DNA from: a virus
Taxonomy: Duplodnaviria; Caudoviricetes
DNA length: 64,000 bases
IMG/VR virus record: IMGVR_UViG_3300020577_010931
Coordinates: 26,951 to 90,950 of that record
Reading direction: 5' to 3' (one strand)
Positions 1 to 9,899 of this stretch are shown here, piece by piece. Each line of letters begins with the position of its first letter. The stretch's first letter is position 1. The notes below the pieces were generated by a model that saw only the letters and a program-made list of their open reading frames with translations, was not told the DNA's origin and did not search any database. Position numbers and translations under genes: made by a program.

Positions 1-1
1 T

Positions 2-430
2 CAGGCGGTCACCTCGTACATCCAGACGAATTGGAATGCGACTTATGGCGTTCTCTTCTTTGAGGACCAGGACTTTGATCAGCCGGCAGGTCAATTCGTA
101 CTTGTCTCTCTTATTCCTGTAGGACAGAGTCAGGTCTCATTTTCTGGGGATACCAATCTCTTCAGAAACATCGGAATTCTTCAATTCGATATTCTTGTCC
201 CAGAGGGAACCGGCTCTCGCAGTGCCCGTCTTGCTGGAGACTTCATTATCGGTCTCATGCGAAACAAGAACTTCCGACTCTCCGATCAAAACGTCGTACA
301 GATTCGAACGCCTGATACTCTTCGCAAGGTCGCCGCTCAGAACGGTCGAGTCCGCTGGGTAATCTCGTTTGAATACTATCGGGACGAGTTGGGTAACAAT
401 CCAGTGCCTCAAACTACAACAGTTCCCTGA
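2..430 (+). CDS. Tail terminator-like protein (5'-truncated by the window edge)
   Basis: Open frame 2..430 (QAVTSYIQTNWNATYGVLFFEDQDFD...RNIGILQFDILVPEGTGS...EYYRDE) that is missing from the ORF track because it has no start. It lies directly upstream of the tail tube gene, the usual position of the tail terminator. Confidence 0.65.
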   Translation, partial: QAVTSYIQTNWNATYGVLFFEDQDFDQPAGQFVLVSLIPVGQSQVSFSGDTNLFRNIGILQFDILVPEGTGSRSARLAGDFIIGLMRNKNFRLSDQNVVQIRTPDTLRKVAAQNGRVRWVISFEYYRDELGNNPVPQTTTVP

Positions 431-513
431 GTCAAGACTTGCTATTCCCGTAGGAGTAGCGTAAACTCCCTTGATGGGGCCTACTCTGTTCGCCCTATCC
501 ATGGAGTGGGATA

Positions 514-2025
514 ATGACGGACGCCAACAGAACCAGAGTAGGCATCGTCGAAGAGATCAGCTTCGGTGTCATTCCGACGTCTCCGGCCTTCCAGATTCAG
601 CGTTTCACGTCGTCCAGCCTCGTCTTCAATCCGACGACTGTGACGAGCAACGAGATTCGCTCGGACCGTCAGGTCGCTGACCTGATTCTGGTGGGTGCCG
701 AGGCGTCCGGTGACCTGGGCTTTGAGCTCTCCTTCGGCTCCTACGATACTCTCTTCGAGGGTGCCTTCTTCAACGATTGGGTGGAGACACCGAATCGTGT
801 GGGTGCCCAGATCTCCAACGTCAATACGACCCCAGGTGCGATCGGAGTGACCTCGGGCGGCGCGGCGTTCCTGCCGATGCTCCTGGTCAAGACGAGTGGC
901 TTCGCTCTTTCGGCGAACAACAAGGTAGTCGAAGTCACCACGGGTGGCTCAGGTACTTCGATTCCTTTCGTCTCTCCGTCGTTCTCTTCGGAAGCTTCTC
1001 CTCCGACGACGGCTCGCCTCAAGGTTGTTGGTCTCCGTGGTGACGCTGGTGATATTTCGTCCAATTCGGGCGGGAAGTACATCGAGTCGGCGGGCGACAC
1101 GGTCTTCACCGACTTCACCTATTCGGCGGGTGTTCGTGACTGGGGACTCCGTGCTGGCATGTGGGTGAAGCTGAAGGGCTTCGCCACCGCTGCGAACAAC
1201 GGATTTGCTCGAATCGCTTCCATCACGGCGACCCGCATCACCTTCGATGTTGTCCCCACTGGATGGGCGACCGAGTCGGCTCCCGTCACTTCGGTTGACA
1301 TCCTCTTCGGCGACTACATCCGGAACGGTATCGTCGAGAAGAGCTACTCGGTCCAGCAGGCGTACCTCGCCAATGCGCAGTATCAGTATCTGCGCGGCAT
1401 GGAGGTCTCTTCGCTTGCTCTGAGCCTCGAATCCCAGTCGATCATGACCGGGACGTTCTCGCTGATGGGCAAGGACGGTCAGTATTGCCCGGCCTCGTTC
1501 ACTGGCAATCTCGCGTTCGCTGATGCGACCGACGTGGTCGCGGTCACCTCCGGTGTTCCGACCGGCGCTACTCTCATCGACTCTTCCGTCACGGACGTGC
1601 TCAACACCTCGTCCAACGTCGGTCGTATCGCTGAGAATGGTGTTCGTATCAGCGGTCCCAACTACGTCATGTCGGCGCAGTTCACCATCGAGAACAACCT
1701 TCGCATGCAGAATGCGATCGGCTCGCTGGGCGCCATCGGCATCGGAGTCGGTACCTGCACCATCACCGGCACTCTGAACGCCTATTTCGGTGACGCCACT
1801 CTCCTGGCGAAGGTCATCGGCAACACCGCGACGAGCTTCGACTTCGTCGTGGGCCGTGACGACACCGGATACATGCTGTTCGACATGCCGCGTGTCAAGT
1901 TCTCGTCGGGCACGACCCCGGTCTCGGGCATCAACACCGACGTCATGCAGGAACTCGGCTTCCAGGCCATCATGGACAAGGTCCTGGGATACCAGATTCA
2001 CTGCCAGAAGTTCGAGTACGTCTGA
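514..2025 (+). CDS. Major tail tube protein with a ~200-aa central insertion
   Basis: N-terminus (E..FG..PTSPAFQ..RFTSSSL...VTSNEIRSDRQ...GAEASGDLGFELSFGSYD.LFEGAF) and C-terminus (IENNL...AIG...GTCTITGTLNAYFGD...DMPRVKFS) match the Phage_tube_2-type tail tube. Strong C/G-ending codon bias suggests high expression. Confidence 0.85.
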   Translation: MTDANRTRVGIVEEISFGVIPTSPAFQIQRFTSSSLVFNPTTVTSNEIRSDRQVADLILVGAEASGDLGFELSFGSYDTLFEGAFFNDWVETPNRVGAQISNVNTTPGAIGVTSGGAAFLPMLLVKTSGFALSANNKVVEVTTGGSGTSIPFVSPSFSSEASPPTTARLKVVGLRGDAGDISSNSGGKYIESAGDTVFTDFTYSAGVRDWGLRAGMWVKLKGFATAANNGFARIASITATRITFDVVPTGWATESAPVTSVDILFGDYIRNGIVEKSYSVQQAYLANAQYQYLRGMEVSSLALSLESQSIMTGTFSLMGKDGQYCPASFTGNLAFADATDVVAVTSGVPTGATLIDSSVTDVLNTSSNVGRIAENGVRISGPNYVMSAQFTIENNLRMQNAIGSLGAIGIGVGTCTITGTLNAYFGDATLLAKVIGNTATSFDFVVGRDDTGYMLFDMPRVKFSSGTTPVSGINTDVMQELGFQAIMDKVLGYQIHCQKFEYV

Positions 2026-2051
2026 TCCACTCAGACGCCTCGTCGATCTAG

Positions 2052-2081
2052 GGCGGGAGAGAACCTCCCGCCTTTCTTTTA
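2052..2081 (+). terminator. Rho-independent terminator after the tail tube gene
   Basis: GGCGGGAG-agaac-CTCCCGCC followed by TTTCTTTTT. Confidence 0.8.
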
Positions 2082-2137
2082 TACTTGCTCCACCTGGTAC
2101 CTCTGGAATATTCTAAACCTCCAACGTAGGAGGTTTC

Positions 2138-2542
2138 ATGGTTTCCGCTTTTGCCCGTCGCTTCAAGACCAACAAGAGTCTCGAGGAGGACGGTACCTGG
2201 GTCGACATCGGCGACGATATTTCGCTGAAGATTCGTCGCTTCAACTCGGAGAAGTCTCAGGAAGTTCGCCGCCGTCTGGAGAAGCCGTACGCCCACATGA
2301 CCCGTCAGGGTCGTGCGCTTCCCACGAAGACGAACGAAGAGATCACCAAGAAGCAGATCATCGAGGTCATTCTCGTTGATTGGAAGGGCATCACCGACGA
2401 CAATGGTGAGGTCATTCCCTACAGTCTTGAGAACGCGAAGAAGCTTCTCGAGACGAAGGACTTCATGGACGAGGTGGCTCGTCTTTCGCTCAACGAGCAG
2501 CTTTTCAAGGATGAGGCGCTCAAGGAAGACGAGGGAAACTGA
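2138..2542 (+). CDS. Tail assembly chaperone (gpG-like)
   Basis: 134 aa between the tube and tape measure genes. GTWVDIGDD...LVDWKGITDDNGEVIPYS.ENA..LL is typical of tail chaperones. Ends in a GGGAAAC slippery site. Confidence 0.85.
   Translation: MVSAFARRFKTNKSLEEDGTWVDIGDDISLKIRRFNSEKSQEVRRRLEKPYAHMTRQGRALPTKTNEEITKKQIIEVILVDWKGITDDNGEVIPYSLENAKKLLETKDFMDEVARLSLNEQLFKDEALKEDEGN
2533..2539 (+). promoter_or_regulatory. Programmed -1 frameshift heptamer G GGA AAC
   Basis: X XXY YYZ heptamer in the correct phase, immediately before TGA 2540-2542. The -1 frame is open from 2533 into ORF 2602..2913. Confidence 0.8.
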
Positions 2543-2601
2543 TAGAGTATCTGGACTGGTCTCTTTCTCCAGCAGTCCAGAACATCGAATTCCTCTGGAG
2601 A

Positions 2602-2913
2602 ATGAAGGAAGAGTTTGACGAACCTATCCCAGCGATCGATGATGCTCCCGTCCTTTGGCCTCATCTTCGCTGGGTCTGGATCTGTTTTGTAGAGCTATCG
2701 CGTACTCGTCAGTTCACACAGGTGATCAACGCGATTTCCTATCAGGAGATTTTAGCCTATAGTCAACTTCACGAAATAGGCTATGATGACCTTCGCGAGT
2801 TGCTCCATTTCGTACCTAAGTTGGACGCGCATCTAGTAGCGAAGAAGACGAAGGAAGCGAGAGACGAGATGGACAAAGCGAAGAATCGCCCACGACCAGG
2901 ATCTCATAAATGA
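2602..2913 (+). CDS. Tail chaperone gpT-like segment (C-terminal part of the G-T fusion)
   Basis: P.LWPHLRWVWICFVELSRTRQF....AISYQEI.AY..L motif. It is in the -1 frame relative to gpG. Confidence 0.75.
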   Translation: MKEEFDEPIPAIDDAPVLWPHLRWVWICFVELSRTRQFTQVINAISYQEILAYSQLHEIGYDDLRELLHFVPKLDAHLVAKKTKEARDEMDKAKNRPRPGSHK

Positions 2914-5900
2914 CCGACACCATCGGCAAGGCCACATATGAGATCGATGCCACCTCAGCAGAGGCTGGTGCGAAGAAGGTCGTTGCGGCCCTCAATTCGA
3001 TCAAGAAGGCTGTTGACAGCCTGAATAAAGCGAAGGTCACTGGTATCCAACAGTTGACCGCCGCTATTTCTGCGATGGCTCAGCTTCGCGCCCCGAGTGC
3101 CGCCCTCGTCTCTGGGATCACGGCACTCGGGGCTGCGATGTCCTCGTACAAGGCTCCTTCCCAGGCTGCGGTTACGAACACGCAGAATTTCCTGAACGCC
3201 CTCTCCAACATGAAGGCGGGCAGTTCTGCTGTCATCAATCGCATTGCGACTCTGAGTTCTGCGTTCGGCGCTTTCAAGGCTCCGACTGCGGCTCAGACGA
3301 AGAGAGTTGTTGACTTCTTCAATGCCGTCAACAGCCTCAAGCCGAGCGCGACATTCAATACGGTCGTCGCCGGACTGAACAAAGTTGCTCAGGCAGCCTC
3401 CGTCGCGGCGACGGAGATGGCGAAGCTCCAGACGATCATCAACGGCATCCATATGAGGATGACCGGCCTTCCGAGATCTCTGAGCGGGGCAGCCAATGGA
3501 TTCAAGAGCACGGCTCACTCGTCAGAGCTTCTGAAGAAGTCTCTGTTCGATACTGTCGCTGTTCTTCAGACTCTAACTGGATTCCTGGCGTTCAGAGAAA
3601 TCCTAGGAGCTTCAGCGAATCTAGAGACTGCTCGAAGCACTCTCCTGGGGGTCAGTGATTCAGCCAGAGAAGCTGCTGATTCGTTTTCCTATCTGGCTGC
3701 TCGGTCTCTCGATATCGGTGTTTCGCTCACTGAACTTGGTCGTCCTTTTGCTCGATTCACGGTCGCAGCCAAGAATGCGGGTTTCTCGACGAAAGAGATT
3801 CGAGACGCATTCGACAATGTCTCCGGAGCAGCTAGAAACTTCGGTCTGTCGGCTGCGGATACCGCAGGTGTCGTTCGAGCTCTGGAGCAGTCTCTCTCCA
3901 AGGGCAAGTTCATGGCTGAAGAAATCAGACTTCAGCTCGGTGATCGTCTGCCTATCGCTATGGCTGCACTGGCCCAGGCGACCGGAAAGACGACACGCGA
4001 ACTGAATAGTATGTTCGAGGCCGGTGTTCTCTTTACTGATCAGTATTTCAAGCCGTTCACTCAGGCTCTGTTCGACATGTCTGGTGGCGAGGAGGCTCTG
4101 GCTCGTAACAGCGAGGGTCTGAATGCCTCGCTGTCTCGGCTGCAGACTGGTTTCGCTCTGGTCGCGGATGCTATCGGTCGTGGTGGTCTGAACCAGGCGA
4201 TCAAGGATTTTGCTGATGCTCTAGTCAGCTTTATCACTTCGGACGATGGACAGAGATTCTTCCTGGGTCTCGGAAAAGTTGTGGCTATCGCAGGTCGCGC
4301 TTTTCTTCTCATCGCTGAGAATATCGATCGGGTCATCCAGGGAGCCATCATTCTCTATTCGGTGAAGCTCGGTCTAATGTTCACCTCTTGGGTGACTGGA
4401 GGCAGCGCGTTCATCAGAATACTTCGCCTCATGTTTGCTCAGATGGGGAATCTGACCAATCAGATGCGAATCCTTGGCGTTGCAATGAAGGGGATGTGGC
4501 TTTCGACTGGTGTCGGTGCCGCGATTGTTGCTATCACCTTCCTTATGACAGAATTGATTGGCACAACGAGTGCTCTGGAGGAGGCTACCATTGCCCAGAA
4601 TGATCTGGAAATGGAAAGAGCTCGTCTGGGAAATCAGAGCGCTGAGAGCATCCGAGATCTAGCTGCGGCGTATGCCGAAGCTGACGAAGAACAGAGAAAG
4701 GTTCTGTTGAATGAAGCCAATCTTCAGAAGATGCAGGCAGAGACGGCGGCCGCAAAGACTAGAACAGCGGCAAGCGATACTCTTGGAGATTACTTCCTTG
4801 AGATGCCCTATTCTTCTGTAGAACATCCTGGACAGGTTGATCAGGTTCCTATCTTCAACGTGGTCATTCCTGATGAGGCCACTCCGGAGGATAGAGTAGC
4901 TATTGAGTCGTACACCAAATCTATCATTGAGCAGATGAAGAACGGGTTCCAGGATCTTCCTCTTCTTAAGACGACTATGACTGACTTTGGAGCGGTCATC
5001 AATAAAGTCGCCACTAGCACTTCGGATACTGATTTTCAGGCGTTCGCGGTCACCTTTGGCGAACTGTATAAGAGCGTTGATGACACGACAACTTCGCTTG
5101 AACTGGCGCAGATGTTGATCGACGCCTACACTCAGGCTCAGCAGGGGGCTATCGAAGCGAATGGAACGGCTGCTGATTCTTTCCAGGAACTGTCGAAGGG
5201 TCTGACGGATTGGCACAAGGATATTGATGAAGCTCTAGCGAAGGAGCGTTTGAGGACGATTTCTCTTCTCGAAGGAGAAGATGCTGCGAAGAGAGTAGAA
5301 CTGACTGAGAAAGGAATGGCCGAAGCCTTGGGGCTTTCAGGAAGTCAGTTTTTGGATGAAAGAGATAAGATTCTTGAGTCCGTTGATGCTCTTATGGCGA
5401 GAATCAAGGCAAACGATCTTCTTGAGGCACAGAATAAAGCAGATGCAACTATAAAGAATCTGCAGGACGAAGTTCGTGTTCTCCAGGCTGTTCGTCTGGG
5501 CTACGAAGATTCTGTCGAGGTTGCTGGAAAGCTGATGGAGCTGACCAGAAATCTTCAAGCTGTCGGTGAAGATCCAGATGCCATTAAGGAGAGAGTTGCT
5601 GATCTTCGGGCCTTCCTTGAACTGAAACAGAAAGAATTGGACTTTGCCGATGCCGCGAAGACGAGAACTGATGTTGCTCGTGGTGTCGTAGACGATATCG
5701 CGACCGAACGTCTTCGCTACATGGCGTTGACGCAGAGCAAGGAAGCTGCCGATGCTTTTGCACTCGAGGCGAAAGCAATGGCTGCGACCCTGGGTCTCAA
5801 CTCTCAGGAAGCCGAGAAGTATCGCGACAGAATTCTTCGCCTCAATAATGTTCTGGAGAAATTCAAGACTCTCAACGAGAGAATTGAAGCTATCCAGGCG

Positions 5901-8090
5901 CTTAGAGGAAAGATGGATGACCTTGAGACAGAAATCTATCTTCAGAAGCAATTCAATGCTGGTCAGATCACCAATATCGAATTGGCGAAGCAGGAACTTG
6001 CTGCTCAGGAAGCTCTTTCCAAAACTGGCATGAACCCGGATAAGGTTAAAGAGCTCACTCTACAGTATAGTCAACAGCTTCAGGAATTGAAGAAACTTCA
6101 GGAATACCAGGATTCCAAGGAAACTCGGGTCAGTATTCTCGATAACCTCGAAAAGGAAATTGAGGCTCAGAGAGCGAAGACTATTGCATTGACTGAAGGA
6201 GAAGAGGCTGCTGCGCAGTACACACTGACCCAGGAGGCTCTGTCTGCAACTATCGGGATGACTGGAGAAGAGATTCAGCAGTGGCTGGAAAGCGCCATGG
6301 CTGTGAATCAGACACTTCAGGATATTACCGATACGAACAAACGTCTCGAGGCTACTCAAAACGCCGAAAAGACAATTGCTGACATGCAGGCTGAAAATCA
6401 GCTTCAACTTCTCTATAACATGGGGTTGATCGATTCCGTTGAATTGGCGAAAGAAGAACTTGCGGTTCGCAAGGCTTTGGAAGATGCCGATGTCGGTGCA
6501 GATGATGTTAGAAGATTGACTGAAGAGTGGAGAAAGGCTGCCGCTGAAAGAGAGAAGTATGCTGCTCAAGGGGCGGCCGAGGATCATCTCAAGGAGCTTC
6601 AGGATGAAATTGATGCCCTGGGTCTCGCCGGTGCGGCTCTAGACGAATACAATCGCGCCCGAGAGCATTCGGAAAATATTGAGAAGGGAGTGTCTCAGGC
6701 GACTGCTGATCAGATTTCGGCTGTTCAGGAGGTCATTGACGCTTATAAGAGATACGAAGATGCTATTTCGTCAAAGGATAAGGCTGCGGCGACGGCGGCT
6801 TATAACGAGCTGGTACGTTTGCATGAAAACGCACAGACGACTTCGAGTTTCATTGATCGCGCAATCGCCTGGCTTGAGAATCTCGGCAAGTGGGGTTCCT
6901 GGGCTGCTTCGATTCTAAAAGTCGTTGCTGACGTTTTCGGATTCCTTCATGGTCAGGGAACTCCGGATTTCGCGCTGCCCCAGGATCCAGCCACGATGGA
7001 TATTAAGTGGAGCGGCGGAGGCGGTGGAGGAAAGGATAAGCAGGACGTCTTCAAGGACTGGGCCGATGGTATCCGTGAGCGTATCGCGGATGAGCAGCTT
7101 GAGATGAAGACGATTGATATGACAGCAGGAGCGATTGAGCGTCTAAAGGCTCAGCAGGATCTCGAAAACGAGATCAAGAAAGAGGGTCTGACCCTCACTG
7201 CGGCGGACATTGCTGCTCGCGATGAGCTTCTCCAGAAATTGGAGCAGGAAATCGATGCTCGGGCTCGTCTCGAAGCTATCCACAATGTTCAGAAGACCCT
7301 GGATGATCTGAATCAAGAAGCTGAAGCTATCCGTATGACTCTAGATGGTCGTGCCAAGAGTCTGGAGATGGCGAAGCAGGAACTGGAGATCAGAAAGGCC
7401 CTGGGTGAAGTCGGGGTTCCGATTGCTGAAATCGATGGGTATGTCCAGTCGATTCAGTCGGCTACCGAAAGAAACAAAGAGCTGAATCAGCAGCTTGATG
7501 AGCAGCAGGCTCTCGCTGATGGTGTCGGTTCGGCTCTTTCTGACGCCTTCAAGTCAGCCATTCTCGACGCGAAGAGCTTCATGGAAGTGTTGGCTGATCT
7601 TGCTCTTCAGTTGGCTCAGCTCGCCTTCACTCAGTCGATCTTCCCGGCTATTTCCTCTGGGGCCGGTGACATTCTCGGTGGTCTCTTCAGCGCCATCGGA
7701 CTCGCGAAGGGCGGAGTTGTCTCTGGTGGAAACGTCCTGAACGAGTACGGTAAAGGATCAGTCTTCACTGGCCCAACTCCGTTCGCCATGTCTGGAAACA
7801 AGACTGGTGTGATCGGTGAGGCTGGTCCTGAAGCCGGCCTTCCCCTTGTCCGTATGCCGAATGGAGATCTCGGTGTCCAGTACATGGGTGGAAATGGTGA
7901 CAACTACACCGAGAACAACATTCACGTGAGCGTAGAGGGCGGAAGCTCTGGAAGCGCGGCAGATGACGAGAAGCTCGCGAACAAGATCGCAAAAACTGTT
8001 CAGCAGTCTCTTGATACTCGAATTGATCAGAGGCTTCAGAAGTGGACCAAGCCCGGTGCGGCGCTTGGTCGTGGAGGATTCGCGAGATGA
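2910..8090 (+). CDS. Tape measure protein
   Basis: 1726 aa, Ala/Glu-rich and helical, with a tape-measure domain (RALEQSLSKGKFMAEEIRLQLGDRLP) and a lambda-type C-terminus (AKGGV...GEAGPEAGLPL.RMPNGDLGV). Confidence 0.95.
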   Translation: MTDTIGKATYEIDATSAEAGAKKVVAALNSIKKAVDSLNKAKVTGIQQLTAAISAMAQLRAPSAALVSGITALGAAMSSYKAPSQAAVTNTQNFLNALSNMKAGSSAVINRIATLSSAFGAFKAPTAAQTKRVVDFFNAVNSLKPSATFNTVVAGLNKVAQAASVAATEMAKLQTIINGIHMRMTGLPRSLSGAANGFKSTAHSSELLKKSLFDTVAVLQTLTGFLAFREILGASANLETARSTLLGVSDSAREAADSFSYLAARSLDIGVSLTELGRPFARFTVAAKNAGFSTKEIRDAFDNVSGAARNFGLSAADTAGVVRALEQSLSKGKFMAEEIRLQLGDRLPIAMAALAQATGKTTRELNSMFEAGVLFTDQYFKPFTQALFDMSGGEEALARNSEGLNASLSRLQTGFALVADAIGRGGLNQAIKDFADALVSFITSDDGQRFFLGLGKVVAIAGRAFLLIAENIDRVIQGAIILYSVKLGLMFTSWVTGGSAFIRILRLMFAQMGNLTNQMRILGVAMKGMWLSTGVGAAIVAITFLMTELIGTTSALEEATIAQNDLEMERARLGNQSAESIRDLAAAYAEADEEQRKVLLNEANLQKMQAETAAAKTRTAASDTLGDYFLEMPYSSVEHPGQVDQVPIFNVVIPDEATPEDRVAIESYTKSIIEQMKNGFQDLPLLKTTMTDFGAVINKVATSTSDTDFQAFAVTFGELYKSVDDTTTSLELAQMLIDAYTQAQQGAIEANGTAADSFQELSKGLTDWHKDIDEALAKERLRTISLLEGEDAAKRVELTEKGMAEALGLSGSQFLDERDKILESVDALMARIKANDLLEAQNKADATIKNLQDEVRVLQAVRLGYEDSVEVAGKLMELTRNLQAVGEDPDAIKERVADLRAFLELKQKELDFADAAKTRTDVARGVVDDIATERLRYMALTQSKEAADAFALEAKAMAATLGLNSQEAEKYRDRILRLNNVLEKFKTLNERIEAIQALRGKMDDLETEIYLQKQFNAGQITNIELAKQELAAQEALSKTGMNPDKVKELTLQYSQQLQELKKLQEYQDSKETRVSILDNLEKEIEAQRAKTIALTEGEEAAAQYTLTQEALSATIGMTGEEIQQWLESAMAVNQTLQDITDTNKRLEATQNAEKTIADMQAENQLQLLYNMGLIDSVELAKEELAVRKALEDADVGADDVRRLTEEWRKAAAEREKYAAQGAAEDHLKELQDEIDALGLAGAALDEYNRAREHSENIEKGVSQATADQISAVQEVIDAYKRYEDAISSKDKAAATAAYNELVRLHENAQTTSSFIDRAIAWLENLGKWGSWAASILKVVADVFGFLHGQGTPDFALPQDPATMDIKWSGGGGGGKDKQDVFKDWADGIRERIADEQLEMKTIDMTAGAIERLKAQQDLENEIKKEGLTLTAADIAARDELLQKLEQEIDARARLEAIHNVQKTLDDLNQEAEAIRMTLDGRAKSLEMAKQELEIRKALGEVGVPIAEIDGYVQSIQSATERNKELNQQLDEQQALADGVGSALSDAFKSAILDAKSFMEVLADLALQLAQLAFTQSIFPAISSGAGDILGGLFSAIGLAKGGVVSGGNVLNEYGKGSVFTGPTPFAMSGNKTGVIGEAGPEAGLPLVRMPNGDLGVQYMGGNGDNYTENNIHVSVEGGSSGSAADDEKLANKIAKTVQQSLDTRIDQRLQKWTKPGAALGRGGFAR

Positions 8091-8434
8091 CACTCTTCGC
8101 CCCAACAACGAATCCGGACTATTCGTCTCAGGTAGATTCGGAAATCACTGTAGACACTCAGCAGTATGGAGATGGCTACGAGTCTCGTGCCACGACTTCA
8201 CTGAATCCTGTTCGGCAGAAGTTTCAGCTTTCCTGGAATGTCCTGCCTCGAGAGGAAGCTCTCACCTATGAACGATTCATGCTCGAAAGGAAAGGTGTCG
8301 AATCCTTCGAGTATGTTCTCCCTGGGGAAGACGAAGTGAAGAAGTGGGTGTGTCGTGCCAAGGTTTCACGTCAGTATGTGGCACCTGGATACGATACGAT
8401 CAGCTTCCAAATTGAACAAGTGTTCGAGTTCTGA
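8087..8434 (+). CDS. Minor tail protein M-like (distal tail protein)
   Basis: QYGDGYESRATTSLNP....FQLSW...FMLERKGVESFEY matches the lambda gpM family. ATG 8087 overlaps the TMP stop. Confidence 0.85.
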   Translation: MTLFAPTTNPDYSSQVDSEITVDTQQYGDGYESRATTSLNPVRQKFQLSWNVLPREEALTYERFMLERKGVESFEYVLPGEDEVKKWVCRAKVSRQYVAPGYDTISFQIEQVFEF

Positions 8435-8436
8435 CG

Positions 8437-9156
8437 ATGATCCCAGAGAATCTCGCTAGACACATTCAGAATCCCAGCCTCGGGACAGTCGTTCAGCTTT
8501 TTGAATTGGACGCTTCTGTTCTGGGCGGGGATGTCTACTATTTCTGCAATATCGCCGAGAATACTGATTTCATCAGTTTCGGCGGTCAACCCTACACTCC
8601 GATCCCCATGGCTTCAGAGGGATGGGAATGGACGGCTCAGGCTGCTCAGCCTACACCGACTTTGAAGATCGCCAATCTCACAGATACGATTGGGAGTCTG
8701 GTCAAGGAATTTGATGATCTCTTGGGATGTATCGTAACTCGAAAGAGGACGTTTTCTCGTTTCCTGGACACGGGGGATGAACCCGACGGTGATGCGTACT
8801 TTCCTCCTGATGTCTATCGCATTGAAAGAAAGCGCTCACACAACCGTCTCTATATCGAATTCGATCTGGCGAATCCAGTAGACCAGCAGGGTCGGTATAT
8901 CCCAGGAAGACAGGTCATCCGGGATTACTGCTATCTTCAGTATCGAATCTGGAATGCTGATCTCAATGCGTTCGACTACAGCGAAGCAGAGTGCCCGTAC
9001 ACGGCGGCGATCTATTTCAATCTCGCAGGAGAGCCTGTGGTCAATCCTGCATTGGATCGTTGCCCCAAGAAGGTCGGCACTGGATGCAACGTTCGATTCC
9101 CTAATGAACCCCTTCCTTTCGGCGGGTTCCCTGGGGTTGCACGAGTCAGAGGATGA
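8437..9156 (+). CDS. Minor tail protein L-like
   Basis: VQLFELDAS.LGG.VYYF; V.RKRTFSRFLD; C-terminal Cys pattern (YC..QYR...C.Y....C.K...GC..RF...LPFGGFPG) of the gpL Fe-S domain. Confidence 0.9.
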   Translation: MIPENLARHIQNPSLGTVVQLFELDASVLGGDVYYFCNIAENTDFISFGGQPYTPIPMASEGWEWTAQAAQPTPTLKIANLTDTIGSLVKEFDDLLGCIVTRKRTFSRFLDTGDEPDGDAYFPPDVYRIERKRSHNRLYIEFDLANPVDQQGRYIPGRQVIRDYCYLQYRIWNADLNAFDYSEAECPYTAAIYFNLAGEPVVNPALDRCPKKVGTGCNVRFPNEPLPFGGFPGVARVRG

Positions 9157-9899
9157 TGTTCTCACCTGAGATTATCGAAGCTGCGAAGGCGCACGCTCTT
9201 CGTGAATACCCGAACGAATCCTGCGGAGTCATCCTGGGAGACGAGTACGTCGAATGCGAAAACATCTCTCCGACGCCAAAGATCGCATTCGCGATAGCGC
9301 GAGAGCGAGAACTGGAATTCTTCTCGTCCGGCCTTCTACGAGGTCTCATTCATTCACATACCAATGGAGTTCCTCATCCTGGGAAGTCCGATATGGAGGG
9401 ACAGATTGCCTCCAACATTCCGTGGGGAATTCTCAACACGAATGGACAGCAGGCCCGAGATCCTTGGTTCTGGGGAACCGGAGTACCGATCCCTCCTCTT
9501 GAAGGAAGAGGATTTCGCCATGGTCCTAGTGGAACTGACAATCGTGGAGATTGCTACGCTCTGATTCGGGATTGGTATCGTCTGAATCGTAACATCACTT
9601 TGATTGAGTTTCCTCGTGACTATCCTTGGTGGGATCGTAACGAGAATATGTACGCTGAGAATTTCGCCAAGGCGGGCTTCGAGTCCTTGGATATGACTCA
9701 GGCTCCGAAGTTCTTCCTGACACCTCCAGTACTCGGTGATGTGTTCCTGGTTCGCACCACGAAGAGATTCCCGACACACGGAGCCATCTATCTCGGCAAC
9801 GAGTTGTTTCTGCATCATTACGAAGGTCAGCTCAGCATCTCCGCTCCGCTGAACAAGTGGAAGGAACGGATCACTCATCACTTGAGGTATCCTTCGTGA
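9153..9899 (+). CDS. Tail assembly protein K-like (JAB/MPN + NlpC/P60)
   Basis: AHA..EYPNESCG and IHSHTN...S.D (JAB); DCYALIRDWY and HGAIYLGN..FLHH (NlpC/P60). Confidence 0.9.
   Translation: MMFSPEIIEAAKAHALREYPNESCGVILGDEYVECENISPTPKIAFAIARERELEFFSSGLLRGLIHSHTNGVPHPGKSDMEGQIASNIPWGILNTNGQQARDPWFWGTGVPIPPLEGRGFRHGPSGTDNRGDCYALIRDWYRLNRNITLIEFPRDYPWWDRNENMYAENFAKAGFESLDMTQAPKFFLTPPVLGDVFLVRTTKRFPTHGAIYLGNELFLHHYEGQLSISAPLNKWKERITHHLRYPS

Noticed and set aside
137-502. Minus-strand 121-aa ORF in the track
   Set aside because: It is the antisense shadow of the + strand tail terminator frame 2..430.
949-2001. Long antisense ORFs (949..2001, 52484..53653, 23327..24070, 32434..33336 and similar)
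   Set aside because: They lie opposite well-supported genes with strong codon bias, which suppresses antisense stop codons, and they carry no motifs.
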